The notes beneath the pieces were generated by a model. That model was given only the letters and a program-made list of their open reading frames with translations. It was not told where the DNA came from and made no database searches. The position numbers and the translations under genes were made by a program. A DNA stretch of 20,000 bases from an uncultured virus (IMG/VR IMGVR_UViG_3300005530_000005) (taxonomy: Duplodnaviria > Heunggongvirae > Uroviricota > Caudoviricetes). Of this stretch, positions 1 through 6,558 are shown one piece after another (position 1 is the first letter of the stretch; every line of letters starts with the position of its first letter). The stretch lies in IMG/VR virus record IMGVR_UViG_3300005530_000005. One strand, given 5' to 3'.

Positions 1-81
1 ATTGATTCCAACTACGACTATACAAATCCATTAGCATCTTTTGTTAAAGCAAAATTAGCCGAACTTGGATATACATCATGA
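1..81 (+). CDS. 3' end of a small paralogue-family protein (partial, runs off the window start)
   Basis: Frame 1 reads IDSNYDYTNPLASFVKAKLAELGYTS*, matching the L-x-x-FV-x-x-KL-x-x-x-G tail of the neighbouring ORFs. Its stop overlaps the next start (ATGA at 78-81). Confidence 0.8.
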   Translation: MDSNYDYTNPLASFVKAKLAELGYTS

Positions 82-410
82 TGCTCACTACAGGGGATAA
101 GTTTAAGTACAAAGAAGAACATATCCGTAGTTTGGAATGGCTGACCGCTGAAGAACTTGATTTAGTGCGAAATTATGTATTTGAATTTACAAATTCTGCT
201 ACAAATGAAGAACATGATTACGATGAAGATGACAATATAATTGGAACGACAGAATATACTGCATATTATTTTAATTATGATTACAGAGGGCGTAAAGTTC
301 AAATGTCCTTTATTGAGGACGATATAAAAGACGAATTGGAGCGCACCCAAGTTCTTGAAACATTTGTAGCCAGAAAGCTGGAATCTTTAGGGATTAAAAT
401 AAATGGCTAA
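78..410 (+). CDS. Small acidic paralogue-family protein
   Basis: N-terminal TGDKF and C-terminal LETFVARKLESLGIKING; overlaps both neighbours. Confidence 0.85.
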   Translation: MMLTTGDKFKYKEEHIRSLEWLTAEELDLVRNYVFEFTNSATNEEHDYDEDDNIIGTTEYTAYYFNYDYRGRKVQMSFIEDDIKDELERTQVLETFVARKLESLGIKING

Positions 411-433
411 ATACAAAGTGGGGGATCAATTTA
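390..433 (+). repeat. 44-nt imperfect direct repeat, copy 1 (copy 2 at 1543-1586)
   Basis: gggattaaaataaatggctaaatacaaagtgggggatcaattta vs gggattacaataaatggctaaatataaagtaggggataagttta; 39/44 identical by manual alignment; spans a paralogue-paralogue junction. Confidence 0.85.
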
Positions 434-666
434 AGGGAAATACTGGAGGGCCATTTGAAGGGTGGATATTTACTATAATATCAACAGAGTTAGCCCGACC
501 AGAACGAATATTATATGAGTTTACCTATGTAGATCATAATAAAAGTGGAGGAAGCACGTATTGGCAGGAGATATCTTTTGATACATACACCACGCCTATA
601 AACACTTTAAAATCCTTTGTACAGCGGAAATTAGAGGAAAAAGGAATTAAGGTGACTTTGACTTAA
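403..666 (+). CDS. Small paralogue-family protein
   Basis: Starts MAKYKVGDQF and ends LKSFVQRKLEEKGIKVTLT. Confidence 0.85.
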   Translation: MAKYKVGDQFKGNTGGPFEGWIFTIISTELARPERILYEFTYVDHNKSGGSTYWQEISFDTYTTPINTLKSFVQRKLEEKGIKVTLT

Positions 667-686
667 GCAAATAAATATGTTATATT
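658..686 (+). promoter_or_regulatory. Sigma70-type early promoter with extended -10
   Basis: TTGACT (658-663), 17-nt spacer, TATATT (681-686), with TG at 678-679; lies upstream of the kinase/tRNA-like/GluRS run. Confidence 0.75.
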
Positions 687-758
687 ATATGAACAATGAG
701 CGAAACATGTCGCTGAAATAAGTAAGCAGTTAATGGCCTAGTAATCGGGAGTAAGAAA

Positions 759-1178
759 ATGGCAAAGCTTGTAGTAATTCGTGGATTGCCCGGTAGTGGC
801 AAGTCAAAGAAGGCTCACGAGATTGCAACAGAGTACAAAGGGACAGTCGTTTCGGTTGATGATTATTTCACTGTAGACGGCGAGTATCGATTTAAGGACA
901 CGGAAATTAGCCGTGCGTATGGATATGTTGAGGGAAAAATCACTGCTCTTATGTCGGGCGGCACAGAGACAATTATCGCTGACGGCATTCATCAATCTGA
1001 AAAGCATATTCAAAGCTACCGCCGACTAGCTGAAAAGTTCGGCTATGAGTTGGAAATTCAATATCCAGATGGTGATATCTTTGATATTGAACAATGTTTC
1101 CAACATTCCATCCACAAAGTTCCCCGTCGAACAATCGCAAAAATTGCAGAACGATTTGAGCGCGATATAGCGGCTTAA
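759..1178 (+). CDS. P-loop kinase, AAA_33 / polynucleotide-kinase-like
   Basis: LVVIRGLPGSGKS Walker A, SVDDYF motif and HKVP near the C-terminus; GGGAG RBS; ends DIAA. Confidence 0.85.
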   Translation: MAKLVVIRGLPGSGKSKKAHEIATEYKGTVVSVDDYFTVDGEYRFKDTEISRAYGYVEGKITALMSGGTETIIADGIHQSEKHIQSYRRLAEKFGYELEIQYPDGDIFDIEQCFQHSIHKVPRRTIAKIAERFERDIAA

Positions 1179-1186
1179 TCGGCTAT

Positions 1187-1278
1187 GACGCCTTCGTCTA
1201 GAGGCTTAGGACAGTAGAAATTTGTGCGTTTTGCTGTAATTTCTAACAACACAGGTTCGAAACCTGTAGGCGTCGCCA
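1187..1278 (+). tRNA. tRNA-Glu-derived tRNA-like RNA with an enlarged, non-canonical anticodon arm
   Basis: Acceptor stem GACGCCT/AGGCGTC, D arm GTCT-AGAGGCTTA-GGAC, T arm ACAGG-TTCGAAA-CCTGT, 4-nt variable loop, G73 and encoded CCA. It is 92 nt long; the anticodon arm (1214-1246) is 33 nt instead of 17 and has no UUC loop. Confidence 0.88.
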
Positions 1279-1296
1279 ATTAATTGTGAGATAAAA

Positions 1297-1563
1297 ATGA
1301 ACTATTATGTGGGCCAGAAATTAAGATTTAAAAATCCTCAAGACAGATATATGTATGAAGATTTCATAACAATATTAGAACTCGGCACTCGTTTTGGTGG
1401 GAATGAAATTGTTATGGAGTGGACATATAAGGATAATAATCGAGAGAAAGTTAGAGTATGCTGGACCAGAAAAGACTTGGATGCAGAATTAATAGTTGTG
1501 GATGCACTTAAGGAATTTGTCCGTAATAAATTATCCTCTATGGGGATTACAATAAATGGCTAA
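1297..1563 (+). CDS. Small paralogue-family protein
   Basis: Starts MNYYVGQKL and ends LKEFVRNKLSSMGITING. Confidence 0.85.
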   Translation: MNYYVGQKLRFKNPQDRYMYEDFITILELGTRFGGNEIVMEWTYKDNNREKVRVCWTRKDLDAELIVVDALKEFVRNKLSSMGITING

Positions 1564-1586
1564 ATATAAAGTAGGGGATAAGTTTA
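1543..1586 (+). repeat. 44-nt imperfect direct repeat, copy 2
   Basis: 39/44 identical to 390-433. Confidence 0.85.
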
Positions 1587-1825
1587 CTCATTGTTATGAG
1601 CCTGGATTTATAGCCACAATCACTTCCATTGATGAGGGAGTCTACCATATACATTGGACAGCAATTCCCGATTATGAATTTGATGATGGAATCGAAACCG
1701 AGGACTGTGATAGTTCCCATAATTTTGAAAGCATTGAAAATAACTCGGCTACTTGGCAATTTTTAGGTAGTTCTTTAGAATTATTTGTTCGTGAGAAACT
1801 TGCAACATTAGGAATTAAAATATGA
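1556..1825 (+). CDS. Small paralogue-family protein
   Basis: Starts MAKYKVGDKF and ends LELFVREKLATLGIKI; ATGA overlap with the GluRS-like gene. Confidence 0.85.
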   Translation: MAKYKVGDKFTHCYEPGFIATITSIDEGVYHIHWTAIPDYEFDDGIETEDCDSSHNFESIENNSATWQFLGSSLELFVREKLATLGIKI

Positions 1826-2718
1826 TCCCTTATCATACTCGCATTGCGCCGTCACCTACTGGTTTTGCCCATATCGGCACAATTCGTACTGCATTATTCA
1901 ATTATCTAGCTGCCAAACAGACAGGTGGCCAATTCACCCTTCGTATCGATGACACAGACACGAATAGAAATAATGAAGAAGCCGTACAGCCAATCTATGA
2001 TGCTCTACAGTGGCTTGGCCTACAATGGGATGATACATTCCGCCAAAGTTCCCGTACCGATATTTACAAAGAAGCTGCCCATAAACTTCTGGAAGCCGGA
2101 CTTGCAGTTCGCCTAGATAATGGTGCCATTGCGCTTCTTTGGAATGATGAAATTCCACGAGCATGGCATGATAGTATTGCCGGTGAAATTAAAATCACAG
2201 ATACGAACATAGAACAAATTCACGGTCGTACAATTCTCCTTAAAGGTGATGAACATGGGAATGCACCAATCTATCAGTTTACTTCTACTTTTGACGATTG
2301 GGATACCGATATATCTTACGTTATTAGGGGTGTCGATCATATTACGAACACAGCCAAACAACTCGCTATTTGGTGGGCTCTTAATGCGTGTTATAATCTT
2401 AATAAGTTTCGGCCTGCTTTTGCCCATGTGGGGCTGATATTTAAAGACGGAAAGAAATTATCTAAACGAGAAGGTGCTGCAAGCGCTCTTTGGTTCAGAG
2501 ATCAGGGGTATCTGCCGGAAGCTATGTTTGCATTTTTGCTTCGTCTAGGATGGGCTCCAAGAAATGATGATAAGGATAGCTATACGCTCAGTATTGATCA
2601 AGCTAAGGAGCTATTCCTTACTCACGGCAAGATGCGTAGTAGTAACGCACAGATGGATATGGCAAAGCTAGATTCTGTTCAGAAGAAGTTTCTAGCTCGA
2701 ATGAAAGTGGCAGCGTAA
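1822..2718 (+). CDS. Minimal glutamyl-tRNA synthetase-like protein (class I catalytic core only)
   Basis: TRIAPSPTGFAHIGT (HIGH), LRIDDTD, QSSR, VIRGVDH, KKLSKREG (KMSKS) and LLRLGW motifs. At 298 aa it lacks the Zn-binding insertion and the anticodon-binding domains; ends KVAA. Confidence 0.93.
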   Translation: MIPYHTRIAPSPTGFAHIGTIRTALFNYLAAKQTGGQFTLRIDDTDTNRNNEEAVQPIYDALQWLGLQWDDTFRQSSRTDIYKEAAHKLLEAGLAVRLDNGAIALLWNDEIPRAWHDSIAGEIKITDTNIEQIHGRTILLKGDEHGNAPIYQFTSTFDDWDTDISYVIRGVDHITNTAKQLAIWWALNACYNLNKFRPAFAHVGLIFKDGKKLSKREGAASALWFRDQGYLPEAMFAFLLRLGWAPRNDDKDSYTLSIDQAKELFLTHGKMRSSNAQMDMAKLDSVQKKFLARMKVAA

Positions 2719-2831
2719 TGGATCAGTGGATAAAATGCCACGAATGTGGTCAACATTCTATGGGATCAGGATGGTTTTCGTGCTGGCATTGTGGGGCGTC
2801 CCTCTGTGCTATATTGAAATCGCTGTTTTAA
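2718..2831 (+). CDS. 37-aa zinc-ribbon microprotein
   Basis: Manual translation MDQWIKCHECGQHSMGSGWFSCWHCGASLCAILKSLF; two CxxC motifs; TAATG coupling to the GluRS-like stop. Confidence 0.6.
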   Translation: MDQWIKCHECGQHSMGSGWFSCWHCGASLCAILKSLF

Positions 2832-2855
2832 ACCAGTCAAATCTAGGGGATATAA

Positions 2856-3026
2856 ATGGACCTTGAAAATCTCACCAATCAGTCTGTAGCTTTCCGTTGC
2901 AAAACCAATATCACGAATTATTGGAAGGGCAAGGGATATAAGAATATCAAATGTGAAGTACACAATGTAAATGGAGTGTTTGTTGTAACCTCCAATTTGG
3001 GACCAACGGGGTTTCCTCCAGGATAA
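2856..3026 (+). CDS. 56-aa hypothetical protein
   Basis: Manual translation MDLENLTNQSVAFRCKTNITNYWKGKGYKNIKCEVHNVNGVFVVTSNLGPTGFPPG; AGGGGA RBS; fills the gap to 3030. Confidence 0.7.
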   Translation: MDLENLTNQSVAFRCKTNITNYWKGKGYKNIKCEVHNVNGVFVVTSNLGPTGFPPG

Positions 3027-3029
3027 TAA

Positions 3030-3473
3030 ATGGGTAAATTAAAGTATAAGCCAGGGGATGCAGTGCGTAGATGGAGCGAATATGGCTACATTCATAGCTA
3101 TGTCGGAAATTCATGGTATCGAGTACTCCGTATCACAAATGGTTATAGCGGAGTGGCAGTTCGTTTAACTTCTACTTCTGTTAGGGATTTACGATCAGTT
3201 GATCCTGAATGGATGCAAGATTATTTAAATAATATGATGAATAAGGAGACGCATCTTAATGCCCTTATTAGGAGAGCTACGCCGGATAACTACAAAGAAG
3301 TTGTCAGACTCATGCGTTCCTATATAAGAAGTGATCGGCGGATGCTGCGTAACGCTCTTAAATATACGAAAAAGGGAAGCGTGCCAATTCCAACATTTGA
3401 GGAATTGAGTAAATATAATATAGAAGATAATTATGGATCATACAGGTTGGAAGATTTGCGAGCGGCGGCTTAA
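3030..3473 (+). CDS. Hypothetical protein with a KYKPGD N-terminus and AAA C-terminus
   Basis: 147-aa ORF packed within the operon; ends LRAAA. Confidence 0.75.
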   Translation: MGKLKYKPGDAVRRWSEYGYIHSYVGNSWYRVLRITNGYSGVAVRLTSTSVRDLRSVDPEWMQDYLNNMMNKETHLNALIRRATPDNYKEVVRLMRSYIRSDRRMLRNALKYTKKGSVPIPTFEELSKYNIEDNYGSYRLEDLRAAA

Positions 3474-3861
3474 TAGATTTGAATTGGCAGCTAAAGCTGT
3501 AGCACTATCAGGACCAGGAATAAATAGAGGGCGAAATCGAAATGCGTTTAAGTGTGGTGCAGTCATTGTATCGCGTAAAGCGATTATTGCCGCCCGATTT
3601 AATTCTTACAAAACTCATCCGCAACTTATTAAATTTACGCCCTATCCATTCCTACACGCAGAACAAGCGGCGATCCTTGCGTGCGGAATTGGATTTCTTA
3701 GACGGCAAAAAGGATTGAAACTATACATAGCTCGCACGAAGAAGGACCACACATTAGCGTTAGCGAAACCTTGCTCAGTGTGCCAAGCTATGATCTCAGA
3801 AGCTGGAATAAAGGAGGTATATTACTCGACAAAACACGGAAATTTCCAAAGGCTAACTTGA
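3433..3861 (+). CDS. Zinc-dependent deaminase (cytidine/dCMP/TadA superfamily)
   Basis: CGAVIV, HAE, PCSVC and AGIKEVYY motifs; exact start uncertain. Confidence 0.88.
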   Translation: MDHTGWKICERRLNRFELAAKAVALSGPGINRGRNRNAFKCGAVIVSRKAIIAARFNSYKTHPQLIKFTPYPFLHAEQAAILACGIGFLRRQKGLKLYIARTKKDHTLALAKPCSVCQAMISEAGIKEVYYSTKHGNFQRLT

Positions 3862-3886
3862 CTTTGCAAAGTAAATATAATATGTT
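3858..3886 (+). promoter_or_regulatory. Sigma70-type promoter
   Basis: TTGACT (3858-3863), 17-nt spacer, TATGTT (3881-3886); spacer resembles that of the 658 promoter. Confidence 0.65.
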
Positions 3887-3962
3887 GTTAGCGTAATCAG
3901 TAACGTCTGGTTATTTTTCTTGGGTAGATATATTTCAAACAGAGAAAAGAGAGAGTTATATC

Positions 3963-4478
3963 ATGGGTATTTCAGTTTTTCAGAAGTCCACTGGCAAGGT
4001 TCCGACTGCTACTCGTCACAGCGTTCCGGTTAACGCGCTGTTCCGTTACCTGGATCGCTATGGCAAGCCGACTGGCGCTATCTTTGCGAACCTTGGTTTC
4101 GGCGATAATCTGGGCCGTTATTTCTCCGTCGCAGTTGACGGCGATAAGAAGGGTTCGCTCAGTGGCGGTAGCAATGGCTCCAAGCCTGTGCAGCTTTTGG
4201 GCACTTTCACGGTGGAGGCCAAGCTGGCTGCTGCTCGTGATCATCGTGAGGTCAGCCGTTCTTCGCTGACTCCTGGTGATGTGTTCCAGGTGCCGAACTC
4301 CAAGCAGGCCAAGCGCACTGGCAAGCCTGCTCTGTTCATGCATCTTGGTGCGGTTGCGGACGACACTAAGGTTCTTTCTTGGGACCTGAACACTCGTCGT
4401 CTGGCGATTGGCACGAAGCTGAACGGTCGTGTCAAGAAGGTTGGCGATATCGCCATTGACATGGCTATGGCTGCCTAA
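3963..4478 (+). CDS. Basic hypothetical protein with an internal two-fold repeat, likely highly expressed
   Basis: Visibly GC-richer than flanks with biased codons (ctg, cgt, aag, ggc/ggt); two similar halves; ends MAMAA. Confidence 0.85.
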   Translation: MGISVFQKSTGKVPTATRHSVPVNALFRYLDRYGKPTGAIFANLGFGDNLGRYFSVAVDGDKKGSLSGGSNGSKPVQLLGTFTVEAKLAAARDHREVSRSSLTPGDVFQVPNSKQAKRTGKPALFMHLGAVADDTKVLSWDLNTRRLAIGTKLNGRVKKVGDIAIDMAMAA

Positions 4479-4523
4479 TAAGGCCAGGGAATACAGGGGG
4501 ACATTAGAGCCCTCTTCTCTTGG

Positions 4524-4661
4524 ATGAATAAAAAATTAATAAGAACATTTCAAGATGCCGATGCTTATAGAGCTTGGCGAGACTCAAACAGAGAGATCAA
4601 ACACTTTTTCTTGATCGATGTTGTAAATAAAGTGATTTACGTATTTAAGAAGGGTAAATAA
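4524..4661 (+). CDS. 45-aa hypothetical protein
   Basis: Manual translation MNKKLIRTFQDADAYRAWRDSNREIKHFFLIDVVNKVIYVFKKGK; ends 3 nt before the next start. Confidence 0.5.
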   Translation: MNKKLIRTFQDADAYRAWRDSNREIKHFFLIDVVNKVIYVFKKGK

Positions 4662-4664
4662 ACT

Positions 4665-6530
4665 ATGGCAAAGGGTCTTACTGGATACCGCAAGCATCTG
4701 CCGTATTATTCTCCAAAAGCTACATGGAAAGATATCCAGCAGCTTCTTGAAAATTCTCGGGATCAATTTGAAGATGCATATGATAGCGTAGTTGGAACAT
4801 TTAAGGAGTTCGCACAGCACGAAATGTCGCATTCTGTGTGTCGTCTTGTGCGAATTCTTTCTACTGAATATATGAAGGCTGAGGCTCTGTTCCGATCAGT
4901 TGGCGGTGCTATTAATTTCACACACATGTACGCCCTTACTCCTAATGAACCCGGCAAGCTGCGTGTGTTTACGAATTTTGAAATCACTCCTGGGCATACA
5001 GGAGAAGCATTGACGGGCGCATGTCCCTATCATCAATATAGTGTTGTCGAGGCACTTCTCAAGCGCATCAATGAAGATATGAGTAAGCCTGCACAGCAGA
5101 AAGCATGGGTACCCATTGCTCGTGGTCGAAGCCGTCTCAAGCGCTATGAAGATATGCCCATTGAGCGCGCACTGATGCGTTATACAGACGCCAAAACGCG
5201 CCACAATATGAATGATGCTGGCATTAAGCAAGTTGCAGCAGCATTCGAGGAACTTCGTCAGCCTCTTGAATTGCACTTTGCAGAGACGCCTGAACAAGTT
5301 CTTTATATGTATTCCAGCGGCCCATCCTCGTGTATGTCTGCTGTTGGCAAGGAGCGCGCCTGGGGATCGATGACAAATCATGGTCGCCATCCCTGTGATT
5401 TCTTTGCATATCACCCCTATGTTCGCGGATGTTACACCAAGACAAAGGCAAAAGGTGCTGTTACTGCTCGTGTGTTCCTTTACACAAAGGAAAATAAGCA
5501 GGAATATTATGGCCGCATCTATGGTACAGATGGCCGTGCTGCTACTGCACTGAAGAATGCCCTTGAAGAAAAGGGTATTCGTAGTCTTCCAGATGATGGT
5601 GGCACTTCTCGCGATGGTTTCTCAGGAATGTTTGCCCGTGAATGCACATTTAAAATTCCCGGAGTACAAATGGGATCGGATTGGGTAGTTCCATTTCCGT
5701 ATATGGACAATCTTCGTGGGGGTGTTAATTTCACCTTTGATGAAAAGACGCATGAATTTACCGCTAATTGCTATGATGGTAGCGGCTACACGATTGTAGA
5801 CGGTAAGAAGATTGCTTATCGTGAGTTTCCAAGTTACACGGGTATTACTGCTGGCTACATTTCAAGCAGTCAACTAGGTACACACACTTGTCACCATTGT
5901 GGTGCCCCTATAAATCGTACGAATAAGTACCTCCAATATGCAGAACGAGACACAGGACATAAGTATTGTGGCCCAGGTTGCCTTGCTTCATTGAACAAGT
6001 GTATTGCAATTGTTGGCGATAGTACACGAGTAATTATGAATCAATCTGATGCATATTATGATGGCATTTCTGGCAATTTCTACACAACTGAAATGGCGTG
6101 TAAAGAGCGCGGCGGTGTTCCGTATGAGCCTGATCCCTGTGTTCGTTCGGAAGAGGTTACACTCACCACTGGCGGCTATGCAATTGCGGATTATAGAACA
6201 AGTGGTTCGGAGTATGCTGAAATGGCCAATCGTGTGTTTGGCATGAATAAGATTTTATTGGAGGGTAGACTTAAGGTTGAGGCCAAGAAGTATATGGAAG
6301 TTGATTGGAGTAAGCACGAGGGTATTCGTATCATTGGCGAAATTCCAGAAGATTTTCATGCAGAAATCGATAATCGCTATGGGTATCCTATTGCAGAAGA
6401 GACGTTTAGAGGACGAAAGATTTCCTATGCTGCGGATAAATCCAATCCTACTATCTCGAATAAAATTCGAGGCGCAATTCCCCTGAGTGCCTATTCCCGT
6501 CTGAATGAAGATCAAGAAGTAGCAGCTTAA
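4665..6530 (+). CDS. Large enzyme-like hypothetical protein with Cys-rich C-terminal part; candidate acyl/aminoacyl transferase
   Basis: 621 aa; motif-like segments SSCMS, ARVFLY, GRIYG, PYMD; CHHC...CGPGC zinc-finger-like segment; ends EVAA. The function is inferred only. Confidence 0.6.
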   Translation: MAKGLTGYRKHLPYYSPKATWKDIQQLLENSRDQFEDAYDSVVGTFKEFAQHEMSHSVCRLVRILSTEYMKAEALFRSVGGAINFTHMYALTPNEPGKLRVFTNFEITPGHTGEALTGACPYHQYSVVEALLKRINEDMSKPAQQKAWVPIARGRSRLKRYEDMPIERALMRYTDAKTRHNMNDAGIKQVAAAFEELRQPLELHFAETPEQVLYMYSSGPSSCMSAVGKERAWGSMTNHGRHPCDFFAYHPYVRGCYTKTKAKGAVTARVFLYTKENKQEYYGRIYGTDGRAATALKNALEEKGIRSLPDDGGTSRDGFSGMFARECTFKIPGVQMGSDWVVPFPYMDNLRGGVNFTFDEKTHEFTANCYDGSGYTIVDGKKIAYREFPSYTGITAGYISSSQLGTHTCHHCGAPINRTNKYLQYAERDTGHKYCGPGCLASLNKCIAIVGDSTRVIMNQSDAYYDGISGNFYTTEMACKERGGVPYEPDPCVRSEEVTLTTGGYAIADYRTSGSEYAEMANRVFGMNKILLEGRLKVEAKKYMEVDWSKHEGIRIIGEIPEDFHAEIDNRYGYPIAEETFRGRKISYAADKSNPTISNKIRGAIPLSAYSRLNEDQEVAA

Positions 6531-6558
6531 TTTTAGTTTATAATATGGAGAATGTAAA

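Noticed and set aside
1187..1278. Ordinary decoding tRNA-Glu/Gln/Lys, or a tRNA with a self-splicing intron
   Set aside because: No canonical 7-nt anticodon loop is present, the 16 extra nt are far too short for a group I intron, and no clear bulge-helix-bulge is visible. Protein-dependent splicing is not fully excluded.
1822..2718. Labelling as gltX, gluQ or a pseudogene
   Set aside because: It is too short for GltX. It retains the LGW...FDxxKL-like region and lacks the Zn region, unlike typical GluQ. Intact motifs, a clean end with an AA tail and no downstream remnant argue against decay.
4484..4523. Possible hairpin or terminator after the 171-aa gene
   Set aside because: Pairing is imperfect with several G-U pairs and there is no U-tract; too weak to call.
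5545..5585. ALKNALEEKGI in the 621-aa protein resembling the paralogue tail
   Set aside because: It lacks the FV and KL positions; a generic amphipathic helix ending in GI is likely coincidental.
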